Assembly (NCBI GenBank): GCA_051362555.1
Contig: CM120645.1
Span: 22,320,001-22,384,000, forward strand
DNA from: Lingula anatina
Taxonomy: Eukaryota; Animalia; Brachiopoda
Direction of reading: 5' to 3'
DNA: 64,000 nucleotides
The translations under genes were made by a program, and so were the position numbers. Every line of letters starts with the position of its first letter. The first letter of the stretch is position 1. A model generated the notes under the pieces. That model was not told the origin of the DNA and did not search any database. It saw only the letters and a program-made list of their open reading frames with translations. Positions 28,001 through 39,052 of the stretch are shown here, piece by piece.

Positions 28001-29052
28001 TTACAGTTCAGAGAACAAACGGAGGACTGATTATGTCCGGAAAACGCTGAATCCACAATGGCACCAGAGTTTCGTCTTCTTTCATCTCCCGAGGGAAGAA
28101 CTACCGCAGAGGACGCTGGAAATTACCGTCTGGGACTACGACAGGTTTAAGCCTAATGACTTCTTGGGAGAGGTGCTTTTAAGACTTTCTAGTGAGTATA
28201 ACAAATTCATTGACATTATCACTAGACTACGTAAGACTAAAGCTTAGCAACTGTTTAGACATCCTCTATACCTTGGTGATTGAGTTTCCTTTGCCTTATA
28301 ATATTCTAATGTGCAAATAATCTTAATAACACTAGCCCAAGTAACAACATCAAAGTAAAACCTTTTCGGCTTGTGCCAAATTAAATATTAAAATATTTTA
28401 ACTCTATTTTCTCTTGTATCAACCTCAGATGAACGTTACCTTGACAACAAACCACACTGGTACACTCTTCATCCTCACATGGAATCTCACAGCTCGTTAC
28501 CAACCTCGCGAGATTTAAAACATCAAAACGAGAGAGTGAGGTCAAGATCACGGCCGCGACCAGAACAGCCTAAAGGTGACAATGTAATGCCTAGATCTGC
28601 GAGTCAGGTAAGGGTTAAATAGTCCGTATGTTAAAGAAAACATAATAAGAAAATCGTCGTCATAGGGAGTTTTAAATGTATACATATAGGCCTATAAGTT
28701 ATTGAGGGTTACTCTAATTGAAAAATAGCAAATGTCACTAACTGTGATTGTATGGAGAAAAAGTTAAATGCTGATTATGTATTGTCCGTAACGGTGCCCC
28801 GTATTTCTTGCTAATCTAGCAAATACTTTTTCGGCGTTCTTCTACGTATAAATGCTGTAAGCGACCTCTAATTGTTACTGTAAAACGTTTTAGGCGGCTT
28901 ACCAGGTACTTTAAATAACACGTGTTTTAGCATATTGTTGTCACCCTAGTCAGCTAAGCACGTTGTTTTCCAGCCTCCATCTCGTAGGAACGACCGGATG
29001 AGAATGGCTAGAAGAGCCGGCTCGTTGGAGGAAGATGACGATGACTACGAAG
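1880..29052 (+). CDS. PCLO: Piccolo-like presynaptic active-zone scaffold (Piccolo/Fife/Clarinet type), multi-exon; 5' end lies upstream of the window and the 3' terminal exon is uncertain
   Basis: 14 GT-AG exons with consistent phases: 1880-2020, 9128-9380, 11109-13345, 13983-16104, 18308-18420, 20839-20923, 22108-22233, 22817-22925, 23695-23798, 24062-24267, 27359-27543, 28007-28191, 28429-28607, 28974-29052 (6,124 nt). Domain order is Zn-finger, long low-complexity/coiled-coil region, PDZ, C2A. The [12 protein letters not shown] and C2A sequences resemble vertebrate Piccolo as I recall it. Confidence 0.85.
6969..7024. repeat. Compound (CG)n(CA)n(GA)n microsatellite
   Basis: Seen directly. 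Confidence 0.95.
7560..7985. repeat. Degenerate ~14-bp minisatellite, consensus approximately GTATGGTACCCAGA
   Basis: Recurrent units such as tggtacccggagta, tgatacccgtagtt, tgatacctggagta, tggtgcccagtgta, tggttcccagagta. Confidence 0.7.
9128..9380 (+). CDS. Piccolo-like exon (Ser/charged-rich)
   Basis: cag|GCG...TCC G|gtaagt, phase 0 to 1, open frame (ORF 9104-9388). Confidence 0.8.
11109..13345 (+). CDS. Piccolo-like giant exon 1 (2,237 nt, Ser/Pro-rich, disordered)
   Basis: ttacag|GT CGA...AAG|gtaaat, phase 1 to 0; contains [15 protein letters not shown], resembling the Piccolo/Bassoon LSPIEDASPTEE motif. Confidence 0.9.
13983..16104 (+). CDS. Piccolo-like giant exon 2 (2,122 nt, two coiled-coil segments)
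   Basis: ttcacag|GGT GAA...GAT G|gtgagt, phase 0 to 1; heptad-rich [10 protein letters not shown]...LNEKLQL and [20 protein letters not shown]. Confidence 0.9.
18308..18420 (+). CDS. Piccolo-like exon preceding PDZ
   Basis: ttttag|CT ATG...CAC|gtaggt, phase 1 to 0; [37 protein letters not shown]. Confidence 0.8.
20839..22925 (+). CDS. PDZ domain exons (20839-20923, 22108-22233, 22817-22925)
   Basis: Spliced product [99 protein letters not shown]; phases 0/1/1/2 fit. Confidence 0.93.
23695..24267 (+). CDS. PDZ-C2A linker exons (23695-23798, 24062-24267)
   Basis: Canonical splice sites, phases 2 to 1 to 0; contains [13 protein letters not shown] (Piccolo-like GVDPKxLAAxL). Confidence 0.85.
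25479..26362. mobile_element. Non-autonomous foldback DNA transposon (884 bp), IS3EU-like termini
   Basis: Inverted arms about 25479-25824 and 26029-26362, termini TATGGGCGGCC...GGCCGCCCATA, 6-bp TSD CGGGAT (25473-25478, 26363-26368), internal TCGTCGATCG-containing tandem repeats. Confidence 0.9.
27359..28607 (+). CDS. C2A domain exons (27359-27543, 28007-28191, 28429-28607)
   Basis: [10 protein letters not shown]...[27 protein letters not shown] / [15 protein letters not shown]...[22 protein letters not shown] / [10 protein letters not shown]; phases fit. Confidence 0.93.
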
Positions 29053-30009
29053 GTAAAACATTTTAGTATCTTAACATGTGAAACAGTTTACAGCTTTGTT
29101 TTGTTGCAAATCAGCGCGTTATATAGTCACTACTTCGGAGTTAGAGAAATGGCGCGAAGAATGTGGCGAACCTGCTTATATCGATATATACGTCCATTCT
29201 TATGACTTTATGGACCAAAAGGTTTTCTGACGTGAATTCAATCAGTATGCATTGTCACCAAAATCACTGAGTTATACACATTACTGCTTGGCGTCACTGT
29301 TAAAAAACATCATAAAAAATACCTCGGTCTGATTGTTTGTCTGTAGATAAATATTCTTTCTGTGTAACTGCGATGTGTGTTGGGTCACTTTTTAAACTGC
29401 CTTTGCACCCTGAATAAAGTGGCCCATCTTATAGTTTAAGGTCACTTTACCTTTTGTACAGCGCCAAAGAAGGCCCGTCACAAACGCCTCGTCTTTTCTC
29501 TCTCCTGCTGCGCTTGTAGTCGAAAGGACTCAAAATTCGCTACATTGTAAAAAAAGGTAATATACATTCGTATGCATCCATTCTCTATTGTATCCGTCAC
29601 GTGTACCACATATTTGGCACAGTATTTGATAATTTTTTAACCATCAATTAGACTGCGTCGCGTGCATGCATTACTTGAAAACATCTTATATCAGATACCA
29701 AAACTGTACAAGTAATTAGCATTCAGCTGCGCTAGAAAAATCATTTCGAAACGCGCAACACACAAACCTATTGCCAAGTGCCAGTCCCAGAGTGCATGAC
29801 AGTTGCACATCTGACACGTATTCATATTTTCAGAATCGGGGCTACACTGTAATTTTCATCAACAAAACTTCCATACACACGTTACAAATGTATATATGTA
29901 TACTTTCCAAACTTCACACAACAAACTCCCGACAAAGCAAAAATTTCCAACTGGAAAAGCGAATATCAATCAGTAACGTTTCCTTTGATATTTTCACACG
30001 TTCCTATAG

Positions 30010-30132
30010 GCGAGGCACGCTTTCTGCGGTTCGAGGCGCCACCCCCCTCCTCTACACGGTCGTCTCCGATACCCCATACTAAAGTTCACCCTCCTGATCT
30101 AGACTCACCGATGTCGGACAAAACGCACTATG
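30010..30132 (+). CDS. Probable downstream Pro-rich exon of the Piccolo-like gene
   Basis: cctatag|GC GAG...TAT G|gtacac, 123 nt, phase 1 to 1, in frame with exon 28974-29052. Confidence 0.55.
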
Positions 30133-31488
30133 GTACACTCGATATTGTGTATATTATTGTCGTATTCTTTTCTCAAATATACATGTGCTTCTGCGATGTG
30201 CTCTTTTGCCCTTTTGCTGCTTTGCCTGTTGTTGCCAGATATAAGGTGTGAGAGGGAGAGCTACATGTATGTGGTCGCCAACAGAGGGTGCTACCTGTCA
30301 ACACCGCATGCTGTGAATGTGTCGATATCATATTTGTTTGCTACATAAAATAGAGCATTAAACCTTTACGCCTTGGGTGTGAATCTTTAATGTACGGACG
30401 ACTGAGAAGCAAAAATCTTGTAGTCTAGAAAGCTGACCCTGATAAAATTTTTCAGAGTCTAATGTAAGGTCTGTACATGCCCGCTGCTTCTGTGCAGTTT
30501 CATCAGTCATGATTCCCTGACCCTTCTGATGTGGTAACTGCTTTGTTGGTCAACATTTCTATGCGCTGTTATCTAACTACTCTGCACGACCATATTTTTT
30601 ATGTTTCTGTTTAAACACGCCATCTTGCAAATAGCATGCGCATGTAGATTCCGTAGTCGCTATTGCAAATAAAACCCCGCTATCTCGCTGTTTTTCTTGT
30701 CATGCCACATTCATAATGTGCGTCAATGTTTTGTTCGAACCCAGAGTACCCCGGTAGTTGTCTTTTTCAGTGTAGTACTGAAAACATCTCGCAAATACCT
30801 TAGTCAATCACATGTATCTGTAGGCAGACATCAGTATTATAACTGCTATATTAGAATATTCTTTAGTACCGACTTTTTTTCTACAGGCCATGGCCAATTG
30901 GTACGGGGACTGTGCTCCTGCATGGTGCCAAAACTCCGAACGTATATCCTCTGCAACTGCTTACAGTGTCCGTTGTTATTCACATATTGAATGCATTGCA
31001 CGTTTTTATTGCATATTAAATGAAAAACATGCTGAAATATTTTGAAATTGCTTAGGAATGAATTTGTCCGATATTGCATGAAGCCATTCTGCTTATATAA
31101 AAAAACACCATTCAGCAGAACCGCCATTTTGTTCGCATGTTGTTTATTCAGTGTCAGCATTTTAAAACCGTTTAAAACCTTTGAGAAATGCAGTATCAAT
31201 GTGCTACTTCAAAACAAATACTATGCGGTGTTATAAAATGGAATATCTGCTTTTTTTTCTTTTCTGTAAGTTCCTGATATCTTTTCCTTACAATGGGTAT
31301 TATGTAGAAAATATTTAACATAGATTATCGGACACCCAGCAGAAATATTTACACGGGTTGTAATCACAGTCTTTGTATTATTGTAGCGCACTCTTGATGG
31401 AAAAAACATGGTACAAGGAAGAGGAAATTCGTGGTAAGTTGCAACCACTTTTTCCATCAACGAGAGTGGTTAGCTCTGTCCATGGGGC

Positions 31489-31521
<33 letters not shown>

Positions 31522-33485
31522 CGGTTGTGTGTCCTGAAATTTCAATTTTAATTAATTTTAATTAAAATGCCTCGATTTGTCCCTCGACAGTTAAAAGATG
31601 TCGCGTTCGTGATTATTTCATTAGATTGAAAATAGCACTTGCTACGATAGAGACTTGACGGTCTATTTTGTACATAATGCAGTTTATATTTTTATTTTCA
31701 GCTCTTCCCACTGATGCAAAAAAGAGGAGATGGACAAATACTCAGCTTAGTTGGAGCATAGGAACAACATGTCAATGCACGAGTCAACAGTAGGAGGTTT
31801 AAAGGGATTTTTTGAAAGCTAGTTTTTACATGGTAATCATGGTACAGAACTTGCTGTTGCATTTATATTTTCCATTTGTTTTGGGTAATTTCATAAAATT
31901 GATCGCGAGACTGCATTTAAATGTGCTGAGCAAAACTTCTATAACCAAAGACTTTGAATTAGAAGTGCGGCAGAATGGCTAAAGCCAAGTGAATATAGTG
32001 TGTTTCGACTGCCATACAATTGAACTGTATACAAGAGCATTACATTCAACCTCGCTTTGTTGCATACAGTTTTATTTGTGTAAATGCCATGATAGTATTC
32101 ACTGTGGAGGTCTCCAAAATGACCACGTGCCAAGACGTACTGGTACCTACAGCTGCATGTGAAACTGAATTTCAGTTTTGTGTGTACTGCTGTTGATATA
32201 TATAAAATGGACTATTACAAAGGACATTTTTCCCTCGTCTTTCAAACTGTATTGTGTGATTTCAATAATCTATGGGCCAACGGCCGTGTTTTATATAATG
32301 CATATACACAAAGCTTTAAGGTCTATTAGTTGGTTTGTACATAAAATTAGAAGATTATTGCGTTTACGATAAAACGTGCATTTCACGGCGTACGGTTCAT
32401 TTATGAATTACACACGCACGCACACACACACACAGACACACATTGATGAACATTTCTTTAATTACAGATTAGAGGAAAGGTGCAAAAACAAGGCTCGCTT
32501 CCTCATTCTGTGAACATATCAGTTTATCATTTTGACGGCAAAATAAAAAAAAACTGACGAAATTAACAAGTTTCACTATTGTATTACATACTTGATATAT
32601 TTCTTTGGTATACAATATGCTTCTGTCCATAATTTAACTTAAAAACATGAGTCATCAGCTCAACCTAGCACACATTAAGCGCCATAAACGGTTGACAGCT
32701 AGGTTTTATTAATTGCGTCATTACTGTTGCTAATATTTTAAACTGATGAAATGATGACAATTACCGTGATTTAAATATTGATTTAGTTTGATGCAGATCA
32801 CGTTGAGGGCCTCATTTGTGCGGTTAGAATTGTGATAAACAGGTCGTAATAAATAAAACATTATTAATATTTCCGACCAGCGGAAAGCGAGATGCCTTAT
32901 CTGTAAAAGTAAGAAGCAAGTTGCATTTTTAGACAAAGTAAAATTAACAGTTTGACACTTGTTATCCATTAGTAATATTATTTATAGAAGTCCCTTATTA
33001 AGTGCTGTTATCAACAGACTTAAGTCTTCAGTTAAATTTAGATCGTCATTCCACCTTAGAGGAGCTCAGATCATTCCAAATAATTGACAGGTTGTCAAAA
33101 ATGCAACTTTTTTCAGCTTATCTGAATAATAAATAGTTACATGTCATTGGTAACGACATAATGACATAAATTGATCGACAAATGGAACCACAAATCTCAT
33201 AACCGTAATGTTTGCACTCATTATGTCAATATTTTCAATTAAAGCTTGAAAAGCGCCGTCTGGCGTGGAGCAGGGATACCCTTACATATAGGTACTCCTG
33301 TGTACAAATGATTTCTAAATAACAGAATTTGCTAACAGGTCGGCTTACACTTGCAGATATATACGACCTGTTTGTTGCAAAACGCCGTCTTTAAGGTAAA
33401 GTGACGCTTTTGAATTCTGAGGCAATATCCTTAAATACAAAAGAATAAATAAATAATTTGTTATTGCATCATTAAAATTGATCCG

Positions 33486-36400
33486 TTAAGTAGTCCTCTT
33501 ACTGCCCTCTTCTAATTTAACACTGAAGCCATCTTCATATGGCGGTTCAAAACCCTCATCATCATCATCTGTGAAATCACTAAAATCACTGGAGTCGACA
33601 GAAGCATCTAGTTCCGGCTGAGAGTCGCTCAAAACTGAAAGGTCTGTCACTGACACCGACGCATCGGTCTGGCAGTCAGCGTTTTGTTGTGGTAAATATG
33701 AAGCGCCGTGAACAGACGAGTTCTCTCTGGCATCATTCCGCCTGTCCACTTCGCAGACGCAATCGTAAATATTCTCCTCTATCGCATCGTAGCCAGGGTC
33801 GCCTGTGTTTGACTTTTCGCTCGCATCCTGATTATTGTGTTTTGACCAAAGTGAATATTCCTCCGTTGTATTTGCCTCCCTGTTGTCGTTATTCGAAGAT
33901 CTGTCTTCTTTTACATAAGAATATATATCCTCGTCTTCGTGGTACATTTCTTGATTCAACCCATTGTTCACGTCTTCAGCGTACATGTTTCTGCCTAAAT
34001 CGCCATTTTCTGTTAAATACAGAGAGTTGTTTTGTAAGTTCGATTTTAACGATGAATCTGCGCGTAGACTTCCATGTACTGAGGGCTCGAGGTATGTGTC
34101 TTCTGCTGCGTCTGTTGTCGTATGGTTCCCTCTAATTTCTCCAATATATGATATCGACGTTCTCTCTGGGATAGGGTTGTAAGTGTAGTTATTCTGCAAG
34201 TTAAGAAAATTGTTTAGAAGATAAGTCTTGAAACAGTCACGTAAACAGTGGCTACAAAGTGGCATGGCACCTAATCCTTTTTAGTAGGGCCAACCCTCAG
34301 TCACCTACCCACCCACATTCTCCCAGACTTCAAACTTCCGGACTTAGCAGTAGAAAAAACGGCAGCCCTGTAGTCAAAGGGGGTTTGGGGGGGGGGGGGG
34401 GGGGGGGTCCGAAGAACCGACCCCCCCCCCCCCTTTTTTTTTTTTTTTTTGCTGGGAAAAGGTCCAATCTGGGTAAATTTGATCTAGGCAAATTAAGATT
34501 TCATTTTCCACATTTTCAGAAAAAGATCATCCACCCCCACCCCTTTTGCAGTTGCTGGATACGGGTCTGCACTCAGTTTAGAAAGGTGTCTTTTATGCCT
34601 CAACCCAGCTTACACTTTAAAAGTGTTTAAAATTCAACGGCAGCGAAACTAATTTGTTTTTCGGTGTTAAAAATTATACAATCTTAAGATTGATAAAAGC
34701 AGGAAGGCAGTTTACAGTTCAAACTCACCATATCATTCCTCTCACTGGGATCCGGCAGCTCGGCGTAAATATGAAGGTGTATATCTTCAGGTGAGAGACG
34801 CTTCTTCTGTGGCTCTATGCGGATAGCTTGCTTCTCCCTGTCTTTAAAACATTTGTTGAAGAATCTGGAATTAAAATTGGTGTATCTAGCAGTTAACAGC
34901 TAACCAATGCAAACATTGTATTATTAAGCATGGATTAATTGTGTAATTATTTGATTCTTACTTATTAAATATTACTTATTGATTACATGTGTATGACATG
35001 CTTCCTTTTTACTGACTAGGATGTCAAAACATCATATACAGAATATATATTTTAATGAATGCACGATATTTTGCTTTTGTTTAATTTGTATTTTATATAA
35101 ATGTACACTTCAATTACAAGCTGTCACAAATGCTTTGAATCCAACTTCATCATACCTTCTTTTTAAATAATCCCTCTTCAGGAATAACAGCAACCCTACG
35201 ATAAGGCAGATTGAGACCACAAACCCGAATACGCCGCCGTTTACCCCCTCACCCGAGCTCATGCCGTGTGCTTTAAGAATATCCGCTTCTTCTGTGCTGT
35301 GTGCAATGGACTCTAAACATATTAGATATGATAATGTTATCAAAAATTCACATCACCAGGAAATCATTTTGATAAAAAAAAAAACGACAGAGCTTTAAAA
35401 TTCTTTTCATGTACAATAAACCCGCCGTGGTACTCATTTCTGAAAACTTGCATGCCCCTGTGAGTGGATTTCATACGCTAATATAATTATATTGAAAGCA
35501 TGGAGTTGAAGGAAATAGGATGTACGTCTGTATACAAATTAGCAGGTGAAAATATATAATACTCAGCTCACATATAAATAACTGGCAGAGTTGCTACATA
35601 ATTAGTAAAACAGACATTTGCTACGAACAACTGGTTTATCCACACAGTGTTTAACTACAAAGTGACATTACTCGAATAATATGAGCTGTCAATCATGCAA
35701 TAATAGAATAATAAATTTACTGAACGGTGTGCCAGATGTAGATATAGCCGTAGCGTCAGACGTCACCCTAGATGGCGCTGTGGTGTGGGGCGAGGTTCTC
35801 GGCAGCCCGAGAAGAAGGATAGTACGACTTGGTGTTATGGTGATGGCAACGGACGCAGTGTTCATTGGCGCCGGAGTCGCAACTTCCGATGTAATTTCCA
35901 CTGGCACCGTGCCTTTGAAAACACACATAATGTACAGGGTGGTTAAAATATATGGCTGCCAAAAATATGAACCTTTCGTGGGATTTGATGCGGGGTAAAA
36001 AGTAAACCAATTTTCCTTGTGGCCTGAAAAATTGGGAGGTTTACTAACTAATGATCTTTCCGCTGAGTTTACAACTAAGAATCCTATGGTTAAAATGCTC
36101 ACTTTCGTCTTCAATCGACTGAACCCTATAATAGATTCATATGCAGTTTTTTTTTTTCATTTCCCCATTCAAGAAAAATCAAATTGTAGCGGGAGTCATA
36201 ATTTCTTTACTTAAAAAGGCACGCCACAGGTCTGTAAGGCATAACTACAGAATAATGAAAATAAAGAGCAGACTGATCCAGAACAGCTAAAAATCCCACG
36301 AACTGGCCCTGGTTTTGGCAATACTAGTGTCACAAAATTGTCGCTTGAAGCATTCTTGTGTAGATTTTACATCGCTTAGTGTATGGGGAGTTTTTAAATA

Positions 36401-37919
36401 GATTTCCTTTGCAAGCTGGAGTGACAGCTGTTTTAACCACCTTGTACATACAATTAATCATAAACAAGGTTAGTTTTTAGTAGAATATATGCATGCATAA
36501 CATATGTTCAACGCGGAAAAGGATATATGTACTTGTACAGACGGATGACATTTTACCCAAGTTTCCCATAGGCAAGTTATACGTTGCAAAATCCCAATTA
36601 TATATTGATAAAATAGAAAACGTTCAAGTAACCATAATATCTGAATTGTTTTTCTCTGAAAAAGTATTTGGTGATTAATTCTTCCCATGGAATATTCTGA
36701 TATGTCTCTTTAAGAGTAAGCCTACCCCTGTCTCAAATCAGTATTACATTTGGCATTTCTGTGATGAACGGATATATGCGTCACCACGAGTGGTATTAAT
36801 ACCAACCTGTGATATTACAGCGACTTTGTACCGGTTTGTATATGGCCTTACAGCTAATAATTGCTCTAAACTGCCTCATATGGTGACAGTTATTCATTTG
36901 GGCACGCAGTGCGAAAAAAAATCTCTCAATGGCGGGCTCGTAGGCATGGGTTTCGGAGTTTGAAAGAGCAGCCCTTTTAGGATAAAAAAAGTCCGCTACA
37001 TGTATGAAGCAAAATGTGATTGACAATTACTTTTTGTGCAATGGTGGTAAAATGTCAATTTTTGTCCGAAAAAAAGACCCCCTTCTGCCTTATTTTGGCT
37101 GGAAAAAGCTCCACTCTGTATCAAAATTTGATCTACCTTCATGTAATTTATGGTGGAAAGGCCCACATTTTAAGAAAACGACCCACCCCCCTTTGTAAAT
37201 ACTGTCAAACAGGCCAGTCCGGCGATAATGACAGAATAGAACACGAACATATCATCGCCTGACATGGCCGCTTACAACATCATCCATCTTGTCATGGTCA
37301 GGTGCGCTAATTGGTCAATGATGAATTACTTCCCAACGACAAGCGCGTGACAGGAATCTAAGTGTTTCATTTCAAGGTAGGACTGCAAGCATTTGGCATA
37401 ATTACTTAATTAAACGGTTGATTCTGCGCTTAAATAAAACTGCGTGTGTAGGCCTACGATTTTAGCCCACCATTATACTAGTACAAAATATAAATGGAAA
37501 CCTAAACGAGCAGCCTTAGTTAACCGAAATGGATTTCATCTGTGAAAGGAAAAAACTTCTGCCGGTTTGTTATAAAATCGGGTCGGAGACGTTATTCTTC
37601 ACAATGCAGGTGATGATATAAAAATAAATTACCAAAGTATTTTTATAAAAAAAACGACATGGTCTTGCATAGACAAATACGTACTGGACTTCCATGACTT
37701 GGTTGTCGTCCCGTAGTTAACTGTCGTCTGCGGTTGAGGTGATGCCTCGGCCGTCGATTTACACTCATAATTATAGCCCCAGTCACAGGCCTGAGTTTTA
37801 GGGTTGAAGACGAGACCGCTCGCGCAGGAGCTCTCTACCGAGATGCCATTCCTGCACTGTAGAAACTTATTGCAATCCGCCGGGTGCGGCCGCAGCCTGG
37901 TTCCCGAACACGTGGTCAT
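33486..37919 (-). CDS. Single-pass membrane protein: chitin-binding type-2 (peritrophin-A/CBM14) domain, mucin-like stalk, TM helix, Tyr-rich acidic cytoplasmic tail (475 aa)
   Basis: Exons 37919-37685, 35912-35721, 35312-35156, 34864-34729, 34193-33486; all GT-AG, phases 1/1/2/0, total 1,428 nt open to TAA. Confidence 0.8.
34363..34570. repeat. Short dispersed MITE-like repeat with poly-G/poly-C; relatives at about 55776-55911 and 61009-61173
   Basis: Imperfect terminal inverted repeats of the CAGGCCTGTAGCCAG...CTGGCTACAGGCCTG type in three places. Confidence 0.55.
35156..35312 (-). CDS. Transmembrane exon
   Basis: GVNGGVFGFVVSICLIVGLLLFL followed by basic stop-transfer KRDYLKRR. Confidence 0.85.
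37685..37919 (-). CDS. Chitin-binding type-2 (CBM14) domain exon
   Basis: CSGTRLRPHPADCNKFLQCRNGISVESSCASGLVFNPKTQACDWGYNYEC: six Cys with HPxDCxxFxxC and CxxGLxFNPxxxxCDW spacing. Confidence 0.92.
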
Positions 37920-38796
37920 CTCGGGTGAAGATTATGACTGAAAAAGAATCAATGACTGTTAATTCCCATGCTTATGTATGTACCAATGTGTTTATCAAAA
38001 AAGTGGCATCGCGTCTGACAGTTTCAACACATTTTCCCGTAACCCCTTTCACCTTTTCCTTTCTCTCTGGGCACGCAACCATGGTAAACGTAATGAAACA
38101 AAGCCTGAATTCCGAAAAAATATGACTGCTTTGCAATTTTGCAGTTTGCGAACAAGCAGTGCTTAAATAATAATGAATTAAGTTCACAAGGCGTGTGTGC
38201 TGGTGTAGCAAGCTGCGACAGACAACGCGTGCGAATGTCATATTAGACAAGTTTATATACTGCTTAACTGCTGTTGCGGATTGAATGAAACTTAGACCTT
38301 GTTAACTGATAAAAATAACAAAAGAATTATTTTTATTATTTACGTACGGCACATTCGTCTCAGCGCTGCTTACATAAAACCAACCGGACATTATATTAAG
38401 ACCATTTTTAAAGACTTAAAAGAACATAATTTAGAGTTTAGAAGGTACTAATATTATAAAACTGCAATTTAAAATAAACATTTTGTAAATAAAGTCTCCA
38501 AAATTTGAGTACATCACTTCAGTAAAATTTAATTAAACACACATCACAATGAAACCCATCTTAATATCCAAATATAAATACTCTGGGAACATTCATATTG
38601 TCCAACAGCCTTCAGCGTTTTTTAATCACTGCAGCACACAGAACATCGTGGCTGAACATTTCACCCATCTTCCGCTTGCCGCCGGCTTTTCCATTTCCCC
38701 TCACAGGGACAGTGCGCGGTTGCATGTCCTGTGTTCATTTTGCCTTTAACACGTAATAACATGCAACTTCATGATATCACAACTGTCTGAGAGTTA

Positions 38797-39052
38797 GACC
38801 CCATTCCCATACCTAGAACGATCTAGCAGGATCGACCCATCTCCGAGTTGATTCTCGCTAAATTGCATCCAGATTAAGCGTCTTAGATGTCTGACACGCC
38901 TATTAAAGCTGCTAAACGACAGTTAATACCCCCCTAACAGTTTTAGTAGACGTGCCAGGCATCAGAGTCGCTTAAGCTGAATGTAATTTAGCGAGAAACC
39001 CCTCGGAGATGGGTCTATCCCACTAGATTAATCTAGGTATGGGAAAGGAGTC
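38797..39052. mobile_element. Tourist/PIF-Harbinger-like hairpin MITE (256 bp)
   Basis: Almost entirely self-complementary (GACCCCATTCCCATACCTAG...CTAGGTATGGGAAAGGAGTC), flanked by a TTA 3-bp TSD. Confidence 0.85.

Noticed and set aside
20839-28607. Calling the gene RIM/unc-10
   Set aside because: The PDZ and C2A sequences, the five-Asp C2A and the very long central exons fit Piccolo better; no phylogeny was run, so some uncertainty remains
33760-33800. YDAI...YDCV as a canonical ITAM
   Set aside because: The spacer is 4 residues rather than 6-8 and it ends in V; kept only as tandem Tyr motifs
34259-34630. 123-aa ORF with poly-G/P/F
   Set aside because: Homopolymer runs of an intronic repeat
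36727-36830. Possible extra exon of the chitin-binding gene
   Set aside because: In the required phase it hits TAA after three codons
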